NCBI RefSeq assembly: GCF_000143415.4
Contig: NW_003314332.1
Coordinates: 372,001 to 436,000, forward strand
Source: Selaginella moellendorffii
Taxonomy: Eukaryota > Plantae > Lycopodiophyta
Reading direction: 5' to 3'
Length of the DNA stretch: 64,000 nt
Position 1 is the stretch's first letter, and every line of letters begins with the position of its first letter. A program made the translations under genes and the position numbers. A model generated the notes under the pieces. It was not told the origin of the DNA, ran no database searches, and saw only the letters and a list, made by a program, of their open reading frames with translations. Positions 1 through 13,965 of this stretch are shown here, piece by piece.

Positions 1-1194
1 CTGATATATGGTTGAGAACCGAGTTATCTTCGTGTTGCTGAAGAAACTCTTCTTCTTATTAAATAGGTTCTAGTCGAAGATCCGCATACGCATTGACTGA
101 TTTCTCCATCATCATGCAGTTGTGCTTTGAACTATTTCCTGTGTAATTAGAGTGGAACAGGAAAGATGCTAAACATGAGCATATCCCTCCCAAGAACTGG
201 CAGAGGAGTCCTGATGATAAGATCGAGCAAAAAGAGAAAAGACCCGATTTTTAGGGTTATAGAAAATAACCCTAAGAAAATAGCTTAGGGTTATATAAAA
301 GAAAATATAGATTTTAGTTTAATGTTCAATAATTCAATTTCTTCCTTAGAATATTCGATTGTTCCTGGAGGACAACTAGTTCGTGATTTGGTCATTTTAT
401 TATTATTACGTACATTAAAACCCAACTGAGAAGTATAAGATTTTGGCATGGAAATTGGTCCAGCCGTCACTCACTCATCTATCTACGGGACAAAGTGTCT
501 AAATTGAAAATTCCATTAACTAATATGTTCTCCCAAAGCAGAGGTGGTTATTTATGAGCAGTCATTGCTACAGACAAACCATGAGGCATGTTTAATCACT
601 CCTTGGGACTTTTCCGCAATAGCAAATGCATTATATCTTGTCTTGTGAATCCTTATTATGACAACAGCATTAAAATGTTGGCTGCAACTCAGAAGAATGG
701 TTTCGCTCAAGGCTTAACTCTTGTGGTAAACCTCCCAGGCCTGGGATCTTGTATTAACGAAAACACTACTAACCATATTAATTGTTATGGAGGGTTTCGG
801 AATGAAAATACTACCATGAAATATGTATTAGTACTGCTAGACTGTTGTGTGAATAATGTTGATGGAAAACTTGAAATATGAAATTGTCTAGAGATGTAAG
901 AAAAAAATTAGCTGGAAAATCCAGAATATGATTCTTTATTTATTTTATTTTATATTATTAGTGATATTTATATTTTAAATAATAATATATAGATAAAAAT
1001 TTGCATTTATGAGGTCTAATTGTATTGTCCATATACTAATATTAAAAGCTTTATACTAATATTAGTGTAGTGGGATTTGATAGCCGTTGAATTAGTTTCA
1101 ATCTAGACCACTCACTCATGTATATAAACTAAGGTTTTTGGGCTAGTTGATATGCACATTTTATATTCTATTTCCATATTCCATGCACTCACAT

Positions 1195-1212
1195 TAGTGG
1201 AGATGAGGGGTA
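1195..1212 (+). promoter_or_regulatory. Putative primer-binding site complementary to tRNA-Ala 3' end
   Basis: TAGTGGAGATGAGGGGTA follows a ...CACA putative LTR end at 1193. It is a 16/18 match to TGGTGGAGATGCGGGGTA, the complement of a plant tRNA-Ala 3' end recalled from memory. Confidence 0.55.
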
Positions 1213-4200
1213 ATTTCAATTGTCCCTAAGAAGAGCTAGGATTTTAGTGTTTTTCAATTATCTAAATTTCACTTTCCTTATAAGTTTTTTAATTTCTTCT
1301 CTTTTGTTTTTTTTTTCTTTTATCTTCATGGCAAAGTGGTAGCTTTCTCCTCTTTGGATTCTAGAGTAGTAGTTGGTGCAATTGCTTAATGTTATGTAGT
1401 TGTAGTTAAACAATTAAATTTAGTTGATGGTAGTATTCATAGCACGTGATACATCTCATCTTGCTCTTGTTGTTAATTTTTGTGTCCGACTGGAGTTCTT
1501 CCATATGAATCATGGGGATGATATGTACCATTAGTTCAATCACTTTATGGTGATTGCCACATATCATTCTTGGAAGATGCTCAATGTTTGCATGAGTTTT
1601 CCATGTGTCTCCAAGGGATGGTGATGTAGTGGTACAATGGTTTAAGTGTAGTCATTTATGTGAATTGGAGCATTCTCCCAAGCATCTTCAAACGTGCATT
1701 TGGACATATAAATGATTGTGATAATGCTTTTCAACAATTGCATCGTCTTCGTAAAAAACCATCTAAGTTAGTAATGCAATTTGGTGTTTGTTTTTAGAGC
1801 TTTTTACTTCGTGCAAAGCTAAATATGTTGGAGTGGATCAAGTTAAAATGTTGTGGTTAGCACTTTGTCAAAATATTGTAAAACTTATGTATACACTTGC
1901 TTTAGCCACCCTTGATAGTACTCTCCACTTGGCACAACATTATGAGACATTACTTCTTCCACTTTTTGCAACCTATTCTTTAACTCCACTTTTTATGGGA
2001 GATGGTCTTGTTTCAATAGAGGTTGATGCTGCTGTTACACGAGTTCAAGGACAAGGGCGAAGATATGGTTATAGCCGTGATGTCCGTTGTTGGGTATGTG
2101 ATGAAGTTGGTTACATTTATCGGCATTATTAGTGTTTTCCAAATTAGAGTCCTCCATTTCTTAAGTGGAAACCTTGGCATCAACAAAGTTTTATTAATGT
2201 TACAGTAATAGAAGGTTTAGACATTAAGATGCTTCTAGGAAACAAAGAATTGCACAAGTAGTAAAGGGTTCTTCCACAAATAATTTGGTCATCCCTTCAT
2301 CTTTCTTTTGGGAGTATCATCAAGGAATTCACTCAACATTAATTCATCAAGTGTTTACTTTCTAAGCTGATTTTTTATAACAAGATGTCTCTTATTATTC
2401 TCTTTATGTTGGTTGATACAGGCTTGAGTTTATCTTCTATTATTCAGTCTATTGCCATATGTTGCTGTTTACATTTGTGTCATATGGTAGAGCTAATTTT
2501 CATTCTTTTTGGCAATAGTTATACATATGCATATGCACAAGATGAGGTGGATCTAGTTGTGTGTGAAGGTGACCTCAAGTTTGAGCTTCGGTCATTATAG
2601 GTGGTGCCAAGTCAAGCTTTCGATATCATTCTTGAGATGGATTGGTTGTGGCACAATCATGCCAAATATGATTTTGAAACTTCTCCCCCTTGTTTAATAC
2701 TTTTTTATATTTTTTCCATTCCTCTCTTTTTTGTTCCACTTTATCCCTCTACTTTTATTTATATTTCCATTATTTCTTTTTATATTTCCGTCTTATTCCT
2801 TTATTCCCTTTTCAGATCCCTTTGATGGTCTTTGTGTTGACTAGCTCATGAAGGAGTATGCTAATTTCTTTGAATATGATTTGTTGTTTAGGGCCAAAAT
2901 TGTAATATATCATTTTATTCCAATTAGGGATGCTCATTTAGTCAAGGTTCTTGTTTATTGTCGATCACCAAAGGAGATTAGAATTTTAAGTACAAATGTC
3001 AAAGAGATGTTAGAAAAGGGTATTATCCTAAAATTGTGGAGTCTTTGGGTGTGTGAGCCTCATCTTGTGATAAAGCATGATAAGAGTATTCATTTCTGCA
3101 TTGATTATCATCCTTTAGATAAAATGATTATTTTGGATGTGTACCCTCTTCCTCACACTATTAATTTCTTAGATCATCTAGGGAGAAGTCGCTCCAAGTT
3201 AGATCTTGTTTTTGGGTACTGGTAGGTGTTGATGGTTAATAAGGATATTTTTAATATTATTTTTCGTACACTATTTAGTTTGTACTAGTTCTTGGTTTTC
3301 TAATGACTTTCCAATAGATGATAGATGAGGTTTCTTGCAATATGCTAGAGGTGACTATTGACTTTATTGATGATGTCTTGATCCACTCAAAGGGGATGTG
3401 GGAAGAACATATTTATAATGTTTGTAAGGTGTTAAATTGGTTGTAAAAAGCTGGTTTAAAGTTGAAGAAGTTGAAGTGTATGTTTGGGTCAAAGAACACA
3501 ACTTATCTTAGGTGTCATATTTTTGTAAGTTGATCCTAAAAAACTTGTGGTTGTTCTCTAATTCCTTACTCTGAAGTATGTGAATAAAGTGTAGTATTTT
3601 TAAGGCAATGTGCAATATCTCAGCCGTTTTATTGATCACTTTTTTTTATTGTACTACATTATTGTGAGTATTATTGAAGTTGTCAATATCTTCTTTTATT
3701 TGATTTATGGATTGTGAGGAGGCATTTATAAATTTTAAAGAGTTGTTGATGACTCCTTAGTTTTGGCATATCCTGACTACACATGACCTTTCATTTTGTG
3801 CATAAATGATTATGATATTGTTTTGGAAATGTGTTGATGCCAAAGAGCCCGAATATGCCTAATCAACACCATTTCATTGTATATAGAAGTTGTACATTAC
3901 AACCAATAAAGGCGAACTACTCTATAATAGATGAGTGTTTAGTAACAGTTTGGGATTTTGAGAAATTTCATGCATATCTATATAGTTATCATATGATTTT
4001 GAAATTATTCATCACCCAAGGTGTTTTATAGCTAATGTTGATGCCTTTTCTTGAGCTCCTCTTCCTTCTTTGCTCTCTTATCATGTTTCAAACAAGCCTA
4101 TTATTCTAACATTTATGGATTTTTTGGAAGAGAATTTTATGCTAATGGCAATTGCTATACTTGATGTTCAATGTCCACAAGGTGTGGAGCAAAATTTATC

Positions 4201-4690
4201 TTTTCTTGATGAGGTTTGTGAGGCTTAAGAAGTTGAACTGTAAATCTTACGGCTTTGTGATAGATTTAAGAATCCTCCATCACTTGCTAATGACTTGCCA
4301 TTTCGACACTTATATTCTCAATATCGCTTTGAGGATAACCTTCTTTATTTTGTGAAAATGGATTCTGATAATTATTTACAATTGGTGGTGCCTTGATTTT
4401 TATTGCTCACTTTCTCCATGTCTACTATAATTTTCCTATTCTAGATGGGTATAAGGGATATTGTCGTGTGACTAAGAAGCTGTGCAGGTGTTTCTATTAG
4501 TCAAAGATACAACATAATGTTATCTGGTATGTACATAATTGTATTTAATACCAAGCTCGTAATACTCCCTTTCATGCTCAATTGTAGTATCATGTTTGTT
4601 TGAGTTGGTGGCATTTGATATGATGGAGCCTTTTTCATGGTTGACTACTGACAATGAGTATGTCATTATTGCTTTTGACTATATAGGAGT
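1195..4690 (+). mobile_element. Degenerate Ty3/gypsy retrotransposon internal region (gag-PR-RT-RH-INT, many stops)
   Basis: Decayed zinc knuckle CWVCDEVGYIYRH (~2090), protease MLVDTG (~2407), RT motifs FCIDY..L / DVYPLP / DLVFGYW / FIDDVLI (2850-3400), RNase H-like NYSIIDECLVTVW (~3915) and integrase-like remnants to ~4690. Gene order is gypsy-type. Confidence 0.85.
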
Positions 4691-5100
4691 TTCTATGGTG
4701 AAACACCAACAAAATTTTGTACCCCTCTAACATATACATATAAAAAAGATGGCAAATAGCTATTCTAATCTGAATGTTAAAAGCTCCTATACCTTATGAT
4801 CATCCTTTTGAAAGTTTGAATGAATTGTTTCACCAAACTATCTATTTGTGGATGATAAACAATTGTGAAAGTGTGGTGTATCCCTAGCCGAGATGTTAAA
4901 ATATAATATGCCTCAGCCATAAATATGGGACCATTATCTAAAAGAATTTGCTCTAAACAAAAATGCTAGGACACCACTTGATTAAGGAGGAATGAGTATA
5001 TTATTATTGCTTATGACTATATAAGAGTTTATATGGTGAAACACTAATAGAATTTTGTACCCTTGTGACATATACATATAGAAGATATGGCAAATAACCA
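4653..5100 (+). repeat. Diverged ~110 bp direct repeat (4653-4762 and 4991-5100)
   Basis: AATGAGTAT..ATTATTGCTT.TGACTATATA.GAGTTT.TATGGTGAAACAC.AA.A.AATTTTGTACCC..CATATACATAT..ATGGCAAATA occurs twice. Confidence 0.8.
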
Positions 5101-8100
5101 CTGCCACACACCCTCGCTTTCATGCCTCTTATGTTGGTCCCATTCCGAATTTATATGTTATTTATGATAATTGTCTAGATTCGCCTAACAGGCATATCTA
5201 TAGAATGTAGAAAGTGTCATAAACCTTATGGTGTAGTTCTTGCGTCCTAATTTCATATCTAGTGTCATTCCATATTTAGTAAGTTTTCAACGTATCCCAA
5301 AGACTAACTCCTAGTACTAATGGTGAAAGTTGAAAGTGTGTGTTCTTAAAAAAAAAAGGGGGGGGGGGGGGGGGGTTTCTAAATGTATAGTAGGAATAGT
5401 GGTTAGATTGCATGACCAACTATTTAAGACATTAATTTTGCTTTTGTTGGGTTGTATCACTCTTTATTTTGCATCTAACTTGGGTCTAAGCATAAACTTT
5501 ATACTACTATAATTAATGGGGACCCTCCTCCTTGTGCTAGGCCACCAATATTCCAAAATTGTGCCAAATACCATTTAATACTGTTTTGCATGTACGAGTT
5601 GAATACGAGGAGTTGGTGCTTATAGGCAATATTGAGTGTGTACCAGACCCTCGTTTTATAGTGCAACAAACTTAGAGTTCAACTTCAAATATTCACTACA
5701 TTTGGTATCAAAGGAATTGTCTCAACAATTCCTATCTTACTTTTGTTGGAATTTCTGACTTGAGTTGCATATGCAGAGACTTTTCTAGTATATTTGAAGT
5801 GACTTGTGTAGGATTAGTTGGATAGCATCATTCAATAAAAATGTTGTATGCATATTCAATTATTGATAAAAGCGTGTATATAGCTGGTGAGATCATAAAA
5901 AGGAACTATGCTGATGAGGCTAAAACCTTTAAATGAGAAAATTAAGAGGAAAATACTCCTACTGGAGATGTTATAAAAGAGATTAAGGTTGAGCCAAAAG
6001 AGGAAGAGCCCGAGGTTGTAGCACCGGTACATATAACTCTTGGTTGAGATCAACAATTTATGAAAGGAAGTTCACAAATTGAAAAACAAGAACAATAATA
6101 GGAAGAAAGAAGTTAAGGCAACTAAACTAGTTAAACCTAAGCAACTGAAATTGAGGATGATGAAGTTCTACAAGTGCCCCTAGTTGCACAAGTTTCAAAG
6201 TTCAAACCCTCAAAACCACCCAATTTTAGAGGCATGTAAGACTATTAAATTTTGGAAGATCGGGTTTATGATATGGAAAATTATTTTATAGTGGTAGATG
6301 TAAATGATTGTATAAAGGTTACGTGCATGCAGTCCTTTCTCTTGATTATGCCAAAACTTAATGGTGCCAAATGTGCACTAAAAAAGGATAGATTAGGAAT
6401 TGAACTAAGATGTAGTCTTGTATCCATAAAGAATATTTGTTGGATGATCTTGGTATGAGATGTTATGTGGAGTTAAAGCAGTTGAAGTAGTATGAGGACC
6501 TTATACACTATGTTAATGCATTTGCTCAAAAGTGCATTATGATTGTAAATATAAATGATGAAGATGCTCTAAGCTATTTCTTAGAAGGTTTAAGTTCATT
6601 TTCTCGCAATGAGATTTTGAAGTTTAAGCTGAAGACATATCTAAAATGTAAAGGGGTAGCATAACAAATTCCCTTCAATCATTCACTCATGGAACAGTAT
6701 CAGCACATATATGTTGGTACCTTGAATAAGAATAAGAACTCTGGGAATAAATAAGATGATCGAAAATAAAGGATAGAAAGAAGGTTCCACCTTGAAGCTC
6801 ACAAGTGACAGTTAATAAGGGGTGGTTTGGGATCACTAACAACTTCTTTTGGTCCTAGGCTCTGTAATCCTCCTCTTGGTTATAAGCAATAGCAACCTAC
6901 AAAACCTACTCCTAGTAGAATAAGTAGTTATTACTTTTATTGTAGAGAGGTAGGACATATGTCCTTGAATTGTCCTAAAAAGCATAAGGCAAGATCTTGT
7001 GTTTATATCATGAGGGAAGATGGCGGTGGTGAAATTGAAAGTGTGGATGAGTTAGTTAATGCAGACTATAAAGAAAAGGAGGTGAATTACTTTGCTCAAG
7101 CTTTTCTCGGAGTCAATGCAAACATTAGTCTATTGATGTATCTTGTAGGCTTTATCCGCAAACACTGAATCCAAGTGATGATTGATACAGGAGCTATGCA
7201 CAGTGTGATATCCAAAGATTTAGATAAGTTGTTAGGATTAAAAGCTGAGCAGATGTCACTTATATATTTCCGGTTTGTAGAAGGTGGGCAAATAGCCAGA
7301 AAATTTATGAGTGATATTCTAATAAAAATATCTAAATGAAAAGAAATATTGGACTTAGTAGTGTTGAAGATACCAAACTTTCAAATGGTGTAAGGTACGG
7401 ATTTCTTCAACAAATATATTAAAGGGATTTATAGTGTTGGATAAAGTCACATCACATTGAGGTCAGAAAAATGTCCTAATGTGTCCTTCCAATTGCAAAA
7501 ACACTCCTTAAGGGATTGAGATGTTAAGTTCATGATTGTGAAAGCCACTCAAAAAGTAGTTAAGAAGAGATGTTGGAATTTTTGGATTCAAGTGATGGAA
7601 GTTAAGGGTGATAGTGATCCAGTTCGAATCGGTGATGGGGTTGATCCTTAGAATTGTTGGCAAGGAATCAGGATATCTTTCCGAAAAATTTGCCACCAAG
7701 GCTATCCCCGTTGATCATCAAATTAAGATTGTTCCAAATTCTAAACCACCTACAAAAGTTTCATATTGTTTAAACATCAAGGAGATGGCTAAACTCAAGA
7801 AGCAATTCATAGAGTTCCTTAATAAAGGTTATATTTGACTAAATAAGTCACCTTATAGGGTGTTAAGTCCTCTTTGTTATGAAAAAGGATGGTACAATGA
7901 GGATATGTATCGATTATTGAGCTCTGAATAAGATTATGGTAAGAAATAATTATCATTTGCTTCATATTGATGACTTGTTTGACTAACTCTTAAAGGCTAA
8001 GTATTTTACGTGACTTGATTTGCAGTCTGGTTATCATCAGATACAGGTGGCAAATCAAGATGCAAAGAAAACAACCTTCGAGACTTGGTATGCATTTTAT

Positions 8101-10207
8101 AAGTTCCTTGTTATGCTGTTTGGGTTATGTAATGCCCTATCTACATTCAATATAATAATGGATAGAATATTTAGAGATTACTTAGATACATTTGTTGTCT
8201 TGTATATTAACAATGTTTTAGCCTTTAATGAAATGTTAGAGGATCATTTGAAACACTTGGAATTGGTGTTTCAGAAGTTGCATAAACACAACCTATATGC
8301 TAAAGAAAATAAATGCGCTTTTGGACAATTGTGTTTAAACTTTTCTAGGTATATACTTGGTGGTAGTGTTATTGAGGTGGATCCAAAGAAAGTTAAAGTA
8401 GTGAAGTCTTAGGAAGTCCCAACCACTATATCAAATGTTCATTTCTTTCTCGGCTTAGTGGGATATTATTTCAAATTTGTTTACAAGTTTGCAAGTGTTA
8501 AGACTTCTATTGATTGAGTTAATGAAGGGTAGTATACCATTTTGTTGGACACCAGCTTGTCCGGAAGTTGTGGATGGTGATCCTGAGTATAAGGTTGAGG
8601 CAATTCTCTTGTCCCGCAAAGCAAGGGGTGGTCGTTCCAAAGAATATTTACCTAATATGTTAATCAACTTGAGAGTCTTTTAGCAATCTTATATATGCTT
8701 ATGAGCTTATCACAAAGTATGGAAATCGTAATAAAAAGTAGCTTTTATAAATTTTTGCAATAAATCTTGCAAATTAATAAAGTAATACATTTCAATCACA
8801 TGTTTTTTTTGTTTGTTGGTTTTGGGTTAGTTTTTGGTAGGCTGATTTTGGCACTTCGGTGCATGAGTTAATCCATAACCATGGGCATAATTATTATAGA
8901 TTGATCACAAATCCCTGCCTCTCTCTTATTGACCCATTTTTGTAAAGGGGCATGATCGTGTAACAATTTAATCTACCAATTTATAATAGTTGTCTAAATC
9001 TTTCTGATGAGGTTGACTTTTTCTCAAGGGAGTTAAGCCTCTCTCTTTATATCTCTGTAGGCAAGGGTGTATCATAAGCTAAGTGGTACTCAGAGTAGCA
9101 AGGGTAACTAACTCTATAAGTTATTTCCTTGCCAGTAACGGCTAGAGATTGTTTGAGTCTTCACGTCTTTTGATGTAGAGGAGAGGTAGTTTCCCCCACT
9201 CATTTAAATCAATGTGTTTCCCACAAAGTATATTTTTCATTAACTTTAGAAGTTGTTTCCTTGACGATTTGCTAAACTAGGGTATACATCAACAAGGATG
9301 CAATCTTCCCCAAGGGGGGGAGAGTGTCATAAATGTGACTTTGAATATTGAAAAATATTTATTGGCTAATCCTTATGAACACTTTTTCCTTACTGCCATG
9401 ATAGCAAGAGGTCGATACAATTGGTTCCCTTTATAGTTCCCATTGAGAAACTAGTCAATGCATGTGTACTTAAATTGAATAAACATAATGTAGGAACCCT
9501 TATGTGTTTTTTGCTGAGTTTACTCAACTTAGTTTGAGAAACTTATATTATTGGTTTGCACTTGTGAGTATCAAGAACCATTACGATATTGAGTCTATTC
9601 TCTCAATATTGTTACACCATATCTACCAGACACCCTTGCTTTCATACCTCTTGTATTAGTCTCATTCTGAATCTATATGCTATTTATGATAGTGTTTAGA
9701 TTCGCTTAAAATACATATTTATAGAATGTAGAGTGTCTTAAACCCCATGGTGTTATTCTTGCATCCTAATTTATGATCTAACACCATTCCATATTTAATA
9801 CATTTCAAACTTGTCCTAGAGACTAACTCTTGGTATTAAAAGTGAAAGCCCAAAGCATGTGTTCCTAAAGGGGGGGAAGGGGATATAGGGGGTTTTAAAT
9901 GTATAGTAAGGATAATAGATAAATTGCATGGTCAACCATCTAAGACATTAATTTAGCTAAGCTGTGTTGTTTCTTATTCTACATTTGGTTTAAATATAAG
10001 CCCAAGCTCCATGCTATTCTAATCGGTGGGGTACCTTTTTCATATTAGATCACTGCTATGCTGAAATTGTGCCAGACACTATCTGACACTAGTTTGTATA
10101 TAGGAGTTGAATACAGGGAGTTGGTGCTCATAAAGGATATTGAATGTGTACAAGACTTTTGTTTTATAATATAATAGCCTTGGAGTTCGGCTCTAAATTC
10201 AAGTACA
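5064..10207 (+). mobile_element. Old chromovirus-type Ty3/gypsy LTR element with RNaseH/integrase deletion
   Basis: Diverged LTR copies ~5100-5700 and ~9620-10207. PBS TGGTATCAAAG (Met type) at 5703, PPT AAGGGGGGGAGAG at 9312-9324 followed by TGTCA. Gag knuckle YCREVGHMSLNC (~6940), MIDTGA (~7178), RT 7700-8410, then a jump directly to chromodomain-like PEYKVEAILLSR (~8582). Confidence 0.85.
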
Positions 10208-10489
10208 ATATACCCACCCTAGGTAGAGTATGGTTTTAATAAGCCATGTAAGGTATTTAAATAAATAGTGCCATCCATATTTGGATTGAGAGTATTGACC
10301 ATTTAATCTCCTAGAGAAGATAAAGCTAACTCTTAAACACTTTATCAAGTCATTTTAATTATCTATCTATGTTCACTTTAGCTTTGGACTCTCTAGCATT
10401 CTCATTTACAGTGTAGGTATAGCCTTTCTTGGTCATAAAGTCTAGGAGAAGGGTGAATTAAGAACTACCTTAAAAGTGTCAACTTGCAT

Positions 10490-10850
10490 ATTTATATGAA
10501 CCTTTGAAACCTTAGAGTGCTTTAGATCAAATATCCCTAAAAACCATATATATAGACTTTCTGGAAAGTCATTCAACCTAATATTATTTAAACTTAATGA
10601 TGTTTAATCATATATATCCCAAAATCTTTAACCGATTTGAAAAGGGGATGCACTTTTATTCATGAGCTTTTTCCCTTTATATTTAAACTCTTAAAGATTA
10701 TCTCACCATGCTTGAAAAGGTCATTTATTCTAATAATATTCAAACCTAAGGACACTTAATCTCAACTATTCTAAAACCTTTAACTAATTAAAAAAAAGTG
10801 CATTATTATTCATGGGACCTTTATATTTGAACCCTTATGAGTTATCTTTG
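10490..10850. repeat. Degenerate AT-rich ~150 bp tandem repeat
   Basis: GAAA.GTCATT.A..CTAATA.TATT.AAAC.TAA.GA...TTAATC at ~10564 and ~10714; TGCA.T..TATTCATG at ~10649 and ~10799. Confidence 0.5.
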
Positions 10851-11663
10851 AAATCATTGTTTTTGGTTGGTTACATCATACACATATGGCTCTTTATTAA
10901 TAATTAATAATTATATTTTATAATTTTTTTTTTTAAAACTAATTTAATGATTATTTTTTAATCTCATTACCAATTATCTATATAATATTAGATAGATATA
11001 GGTTCTTCTAATAAAAAGTATAACTAGTAAAATTTTCAGTGGTATTATTAGGGTTTTTATTTGCTAGGTAATATCTCTTTAATAGATGTAAACAAGTTTA
11101 CTAAAGTATATAATAGTTTTGTCAAACTTTTAGTGTTGTTGCTTTCATGACCAAATATTACCATAGATCTATAGTATGTGCATCAATAATAGGATTCTAC
11201 AAATTCTTTGTGTTACAAAAATTTTGTATGAACAATGCTAAATTGAAAAGATTAAATTCCATAGTTTTGTAATATATAATACATCATTGAAAACTTTATT
11301 TTATTTAATTTTAAGCATAATTCTTGAGCTAATTGTAAGTTACATAATTAAAAAATTTCTTTAAAGTGAATAATTACAATACTCGATTATTATATGTCGC
11401 CTTTGGCATACGGCTTGCAAATTGCATCCTCTGCCTCGTCAAGGACAATGATTGGTGATTTGAAGCACAAATGAAAGGTTTTTACAGACTGAAAGACATG
11501 GTAAGCTTCTGTCATTCTCATGCAATGCTTGACTTGATGCGAACAATCTGAGTTTTCAGCACGCAAGGAGAAGAAAGCTATTTGCCAAGGCTGTGTTTGA
11601 TTTACAACGAATCGTATCAGGAAAATGTAATGCTTGGAGTAAACATGAATGTGAATGAACTTC

Positions 11664-12734
11664 TTAATTCTTTTCAAGGTTCTGCTTGTACTCTTGGCTC
11701 TCCAGGAATGGATGAATCATGTCGAACATATGTGGCTCGCAGTACAAGTCGTTTGGCACGTCCTCCCAGTGAAGCGACACCTTTCTCAGAGCCTCGAGCA
11801 GCAGCTCGACGAGGATCTCGCAACCCTTTGGCGAGATATGCATTCCGTCACTGCCAAGAAACATAGAAGCATCACGAAGTTTTCTAGCAAATAAGATCAG
11901 TCTGTAACCTGAGGCACTCCGTCTCCCAGTTCTCCACACGCTTGATCGCGTTATGTAAATCAACAACGCCAACTTTCATCTCCTCGGCAACGGATAGACA
12001 AGCTTGAGCATAAGCTTGAGCTCGCTCGTCGGTACGATCGAGCCAATTCGGTGCTAGGGGACCAAATCTCTTCCTGGAGAAACAATCCCAAGAAACTATC
12101 GAGTGATGCCAAAAAAAAAAAAAACTGACCAGGAAAGGGCTCGTCGAGCTTCGTCATTGATAGGAGGGGGAGTTATCAGCAGCACTCGAGTGGAATCCGA
12201 GAGAGACTAAAACGAGAAATCTTTTAGTACGAGTTACGAGCTCATGGAGAGGGATCGATCGATAGTAACCTGGCAATACTCACACATATAACGCAAGTTT
12301 TCCTTGTATTCGGGAATAGGGACAAACTGGCCTTTGCCACTGGGAAGTGGAAATGCGGCATCGTTTGTTCCCAGGAAGATCACAATCAGAGCCGGCTGCT
12401 GGGACTCTGGAGAATCCTGCAAAGTAGCAACGAGAAAAGAAGATGAGCAACAAAGAAGAAGAACTTGAGCGTTTCTTTGCAAGCACCTTTGGTAGGAAGT
12501 GTGGGAGAGCTGCTCTTGCTCGGCGGGTATTCCAGCCTCTGTATCCACGCAGTAAAATATCAGCCTGGCACCATTTGATAGATTTCCGGTTACTCGGGAA
12601 GTGGGGATTCTAAGAGCACATCCAACCTTTCGCGAGTAGAGATCCGCGAGCACCGCGCCCCATCCTCCTGGGCGGAACGAGTACTCCACCATGGACGCGC
12701 CCAGCAGCACGAAAGCCGGTCGCTTGTGCGCCAT
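11664..12734 (-). CDS. SGNH/GDSL esterase, IAH1/CPRD49-like (multi-exon)
   Basis: Exons give LLGASMVEYSF..GGWG, ADILLRGYRGWNTR, IFLGTNDA, LLITPPP and DGMHIS (catalytic D-x-x-H), separated by short GT-AG introns. Confidence 0.9.
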
Positions 12735-13753
12735 GGATTGGAGCGAGCTCAGCGCCCTACACTGCTATAACGTACAAACTCATGGAAGTCTTAAATCACG
12801 AGGGACCCAAGAAAGTTTGGAAACTTTCGACGTAGCCCAAGGCAAAGATCATACAGCACGCTCAACTGGACACGATCGATTCTCAGGAGAAAAAGAAAAG
12901 AAAAGAAAAACCCCAGAGATTTGGGGGAATAGCCCAAATCTCAATCCTAGCGAAGCTACGTTGTGCTAGAAAGAATGCCAACACGCCACGACACCATGTA
13001 CACGATTTTACATCCGAAAGTGACGCTGACAATCAAGCAATCAACTTCGAGAAAAGACTTCAAAGTTTCTCAACTTGATTGATACGTGGCAATAGGGATA
13101 TTATTGAATAATTCTAGACTATTTCTTATAGTCTCTTCCCTATAAGCTTCCTTAGCTGTGTTTGGGTGGAAATTTGAACCAATGTAGATTCCACCCCTCG
13201 ATTACTTCCCATCACTATAGTATCACTCTTGTAACCTCATGTGAACCACTATTCGACCCAAGATTGTAGAGTAGCAGCTACTCCTGTAGGCTCCAACTAT
13301 TTTTCTGGAATGGATTTATGAGAATAACAGGTTAGATTGTACAGCGAGAGAGATTATTAGTAGCAATGAACTTAACTATGCCAAAAAAGAATCAATTGGA
13401 GTTCAAGAGACACTGGATTTGTCTCGCTCCGGCGCGTTTTCCTTGTGGCAGGAAGGCTACTTTAACCTTGCGGAGTGTGACGGCCACACCAGAATCAAGT
13501 CGTTCTCTGCGAGTTTAATGGTAATTCTGCCAGCGCTTTGATCCATTCTGACAGAAACTCTTTGCATTGCAGGTTGAGAAAAGAAACAACCTTCTTGTCA
13601 AGGTTTATGTTGCCTTGAACTTGTGATGATGTGCATCCTGGTGAGGTTTCATGAGAGTTTTAGAAGCGCTTGCTAGTAGAAGTTTTGCAGACTGGGGTAA
13701 AGATATCAGCGACCGTTCACTCGGTGCTCCTGTTTTCAGACTGCAATGGATAA

Positions 13754-13965
13754 ATGTTCGAGCGTATCCAAAAGAATGGTCAGCATTTTAACGACGCAGG
13801 AACTTGGTTGATTTTTTATTGTGTTTTTCCATTTTATCAAGTTTCCTCTTGTTCCACAGTACTGTATGCACCCTGACATTTGAAGATTTCCTTCAACACA
13901 CTACTACAGAGGTAGATGGAACAACTGTGTTACATGGCAACTAAAGCTCCCTTCCACCCCAAAAG
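13754..13965 (+). pseudogene. SEN1/UPF1-family (MAA3-like) helicase pseudogene fragment
   Basis: MFERIQKNG..ILTTQ, then an intron with a damaged donor, then YCMHPDI*RFPSTHYYRG and a frameshifted KAPFH. This matches the family motif SLFERL..G...LTTQYRMHP.I..FPS..FY.G. In-frame TGA at 13881. Confidence 0.7.

Noticed and set aside
588-881. 97 aa ORF at window start
   Set aside because: No recognisable motif and AT-rich context; cannot be supported as a gene.
9004-9050. Hammerhead ribozyme core CTGATGAG (also CTGATGA at ~44016)
   Set aside because: No downstream GAAA or cleavage-site arrangement closing stem II.
12690-12710. GAS instead of GDS in esterase block I as a sign of inactivity
   Set aside because: The catalytic Ser and D-x-x-H are retained, and G-x-S variants are normal in this plant subfamily.
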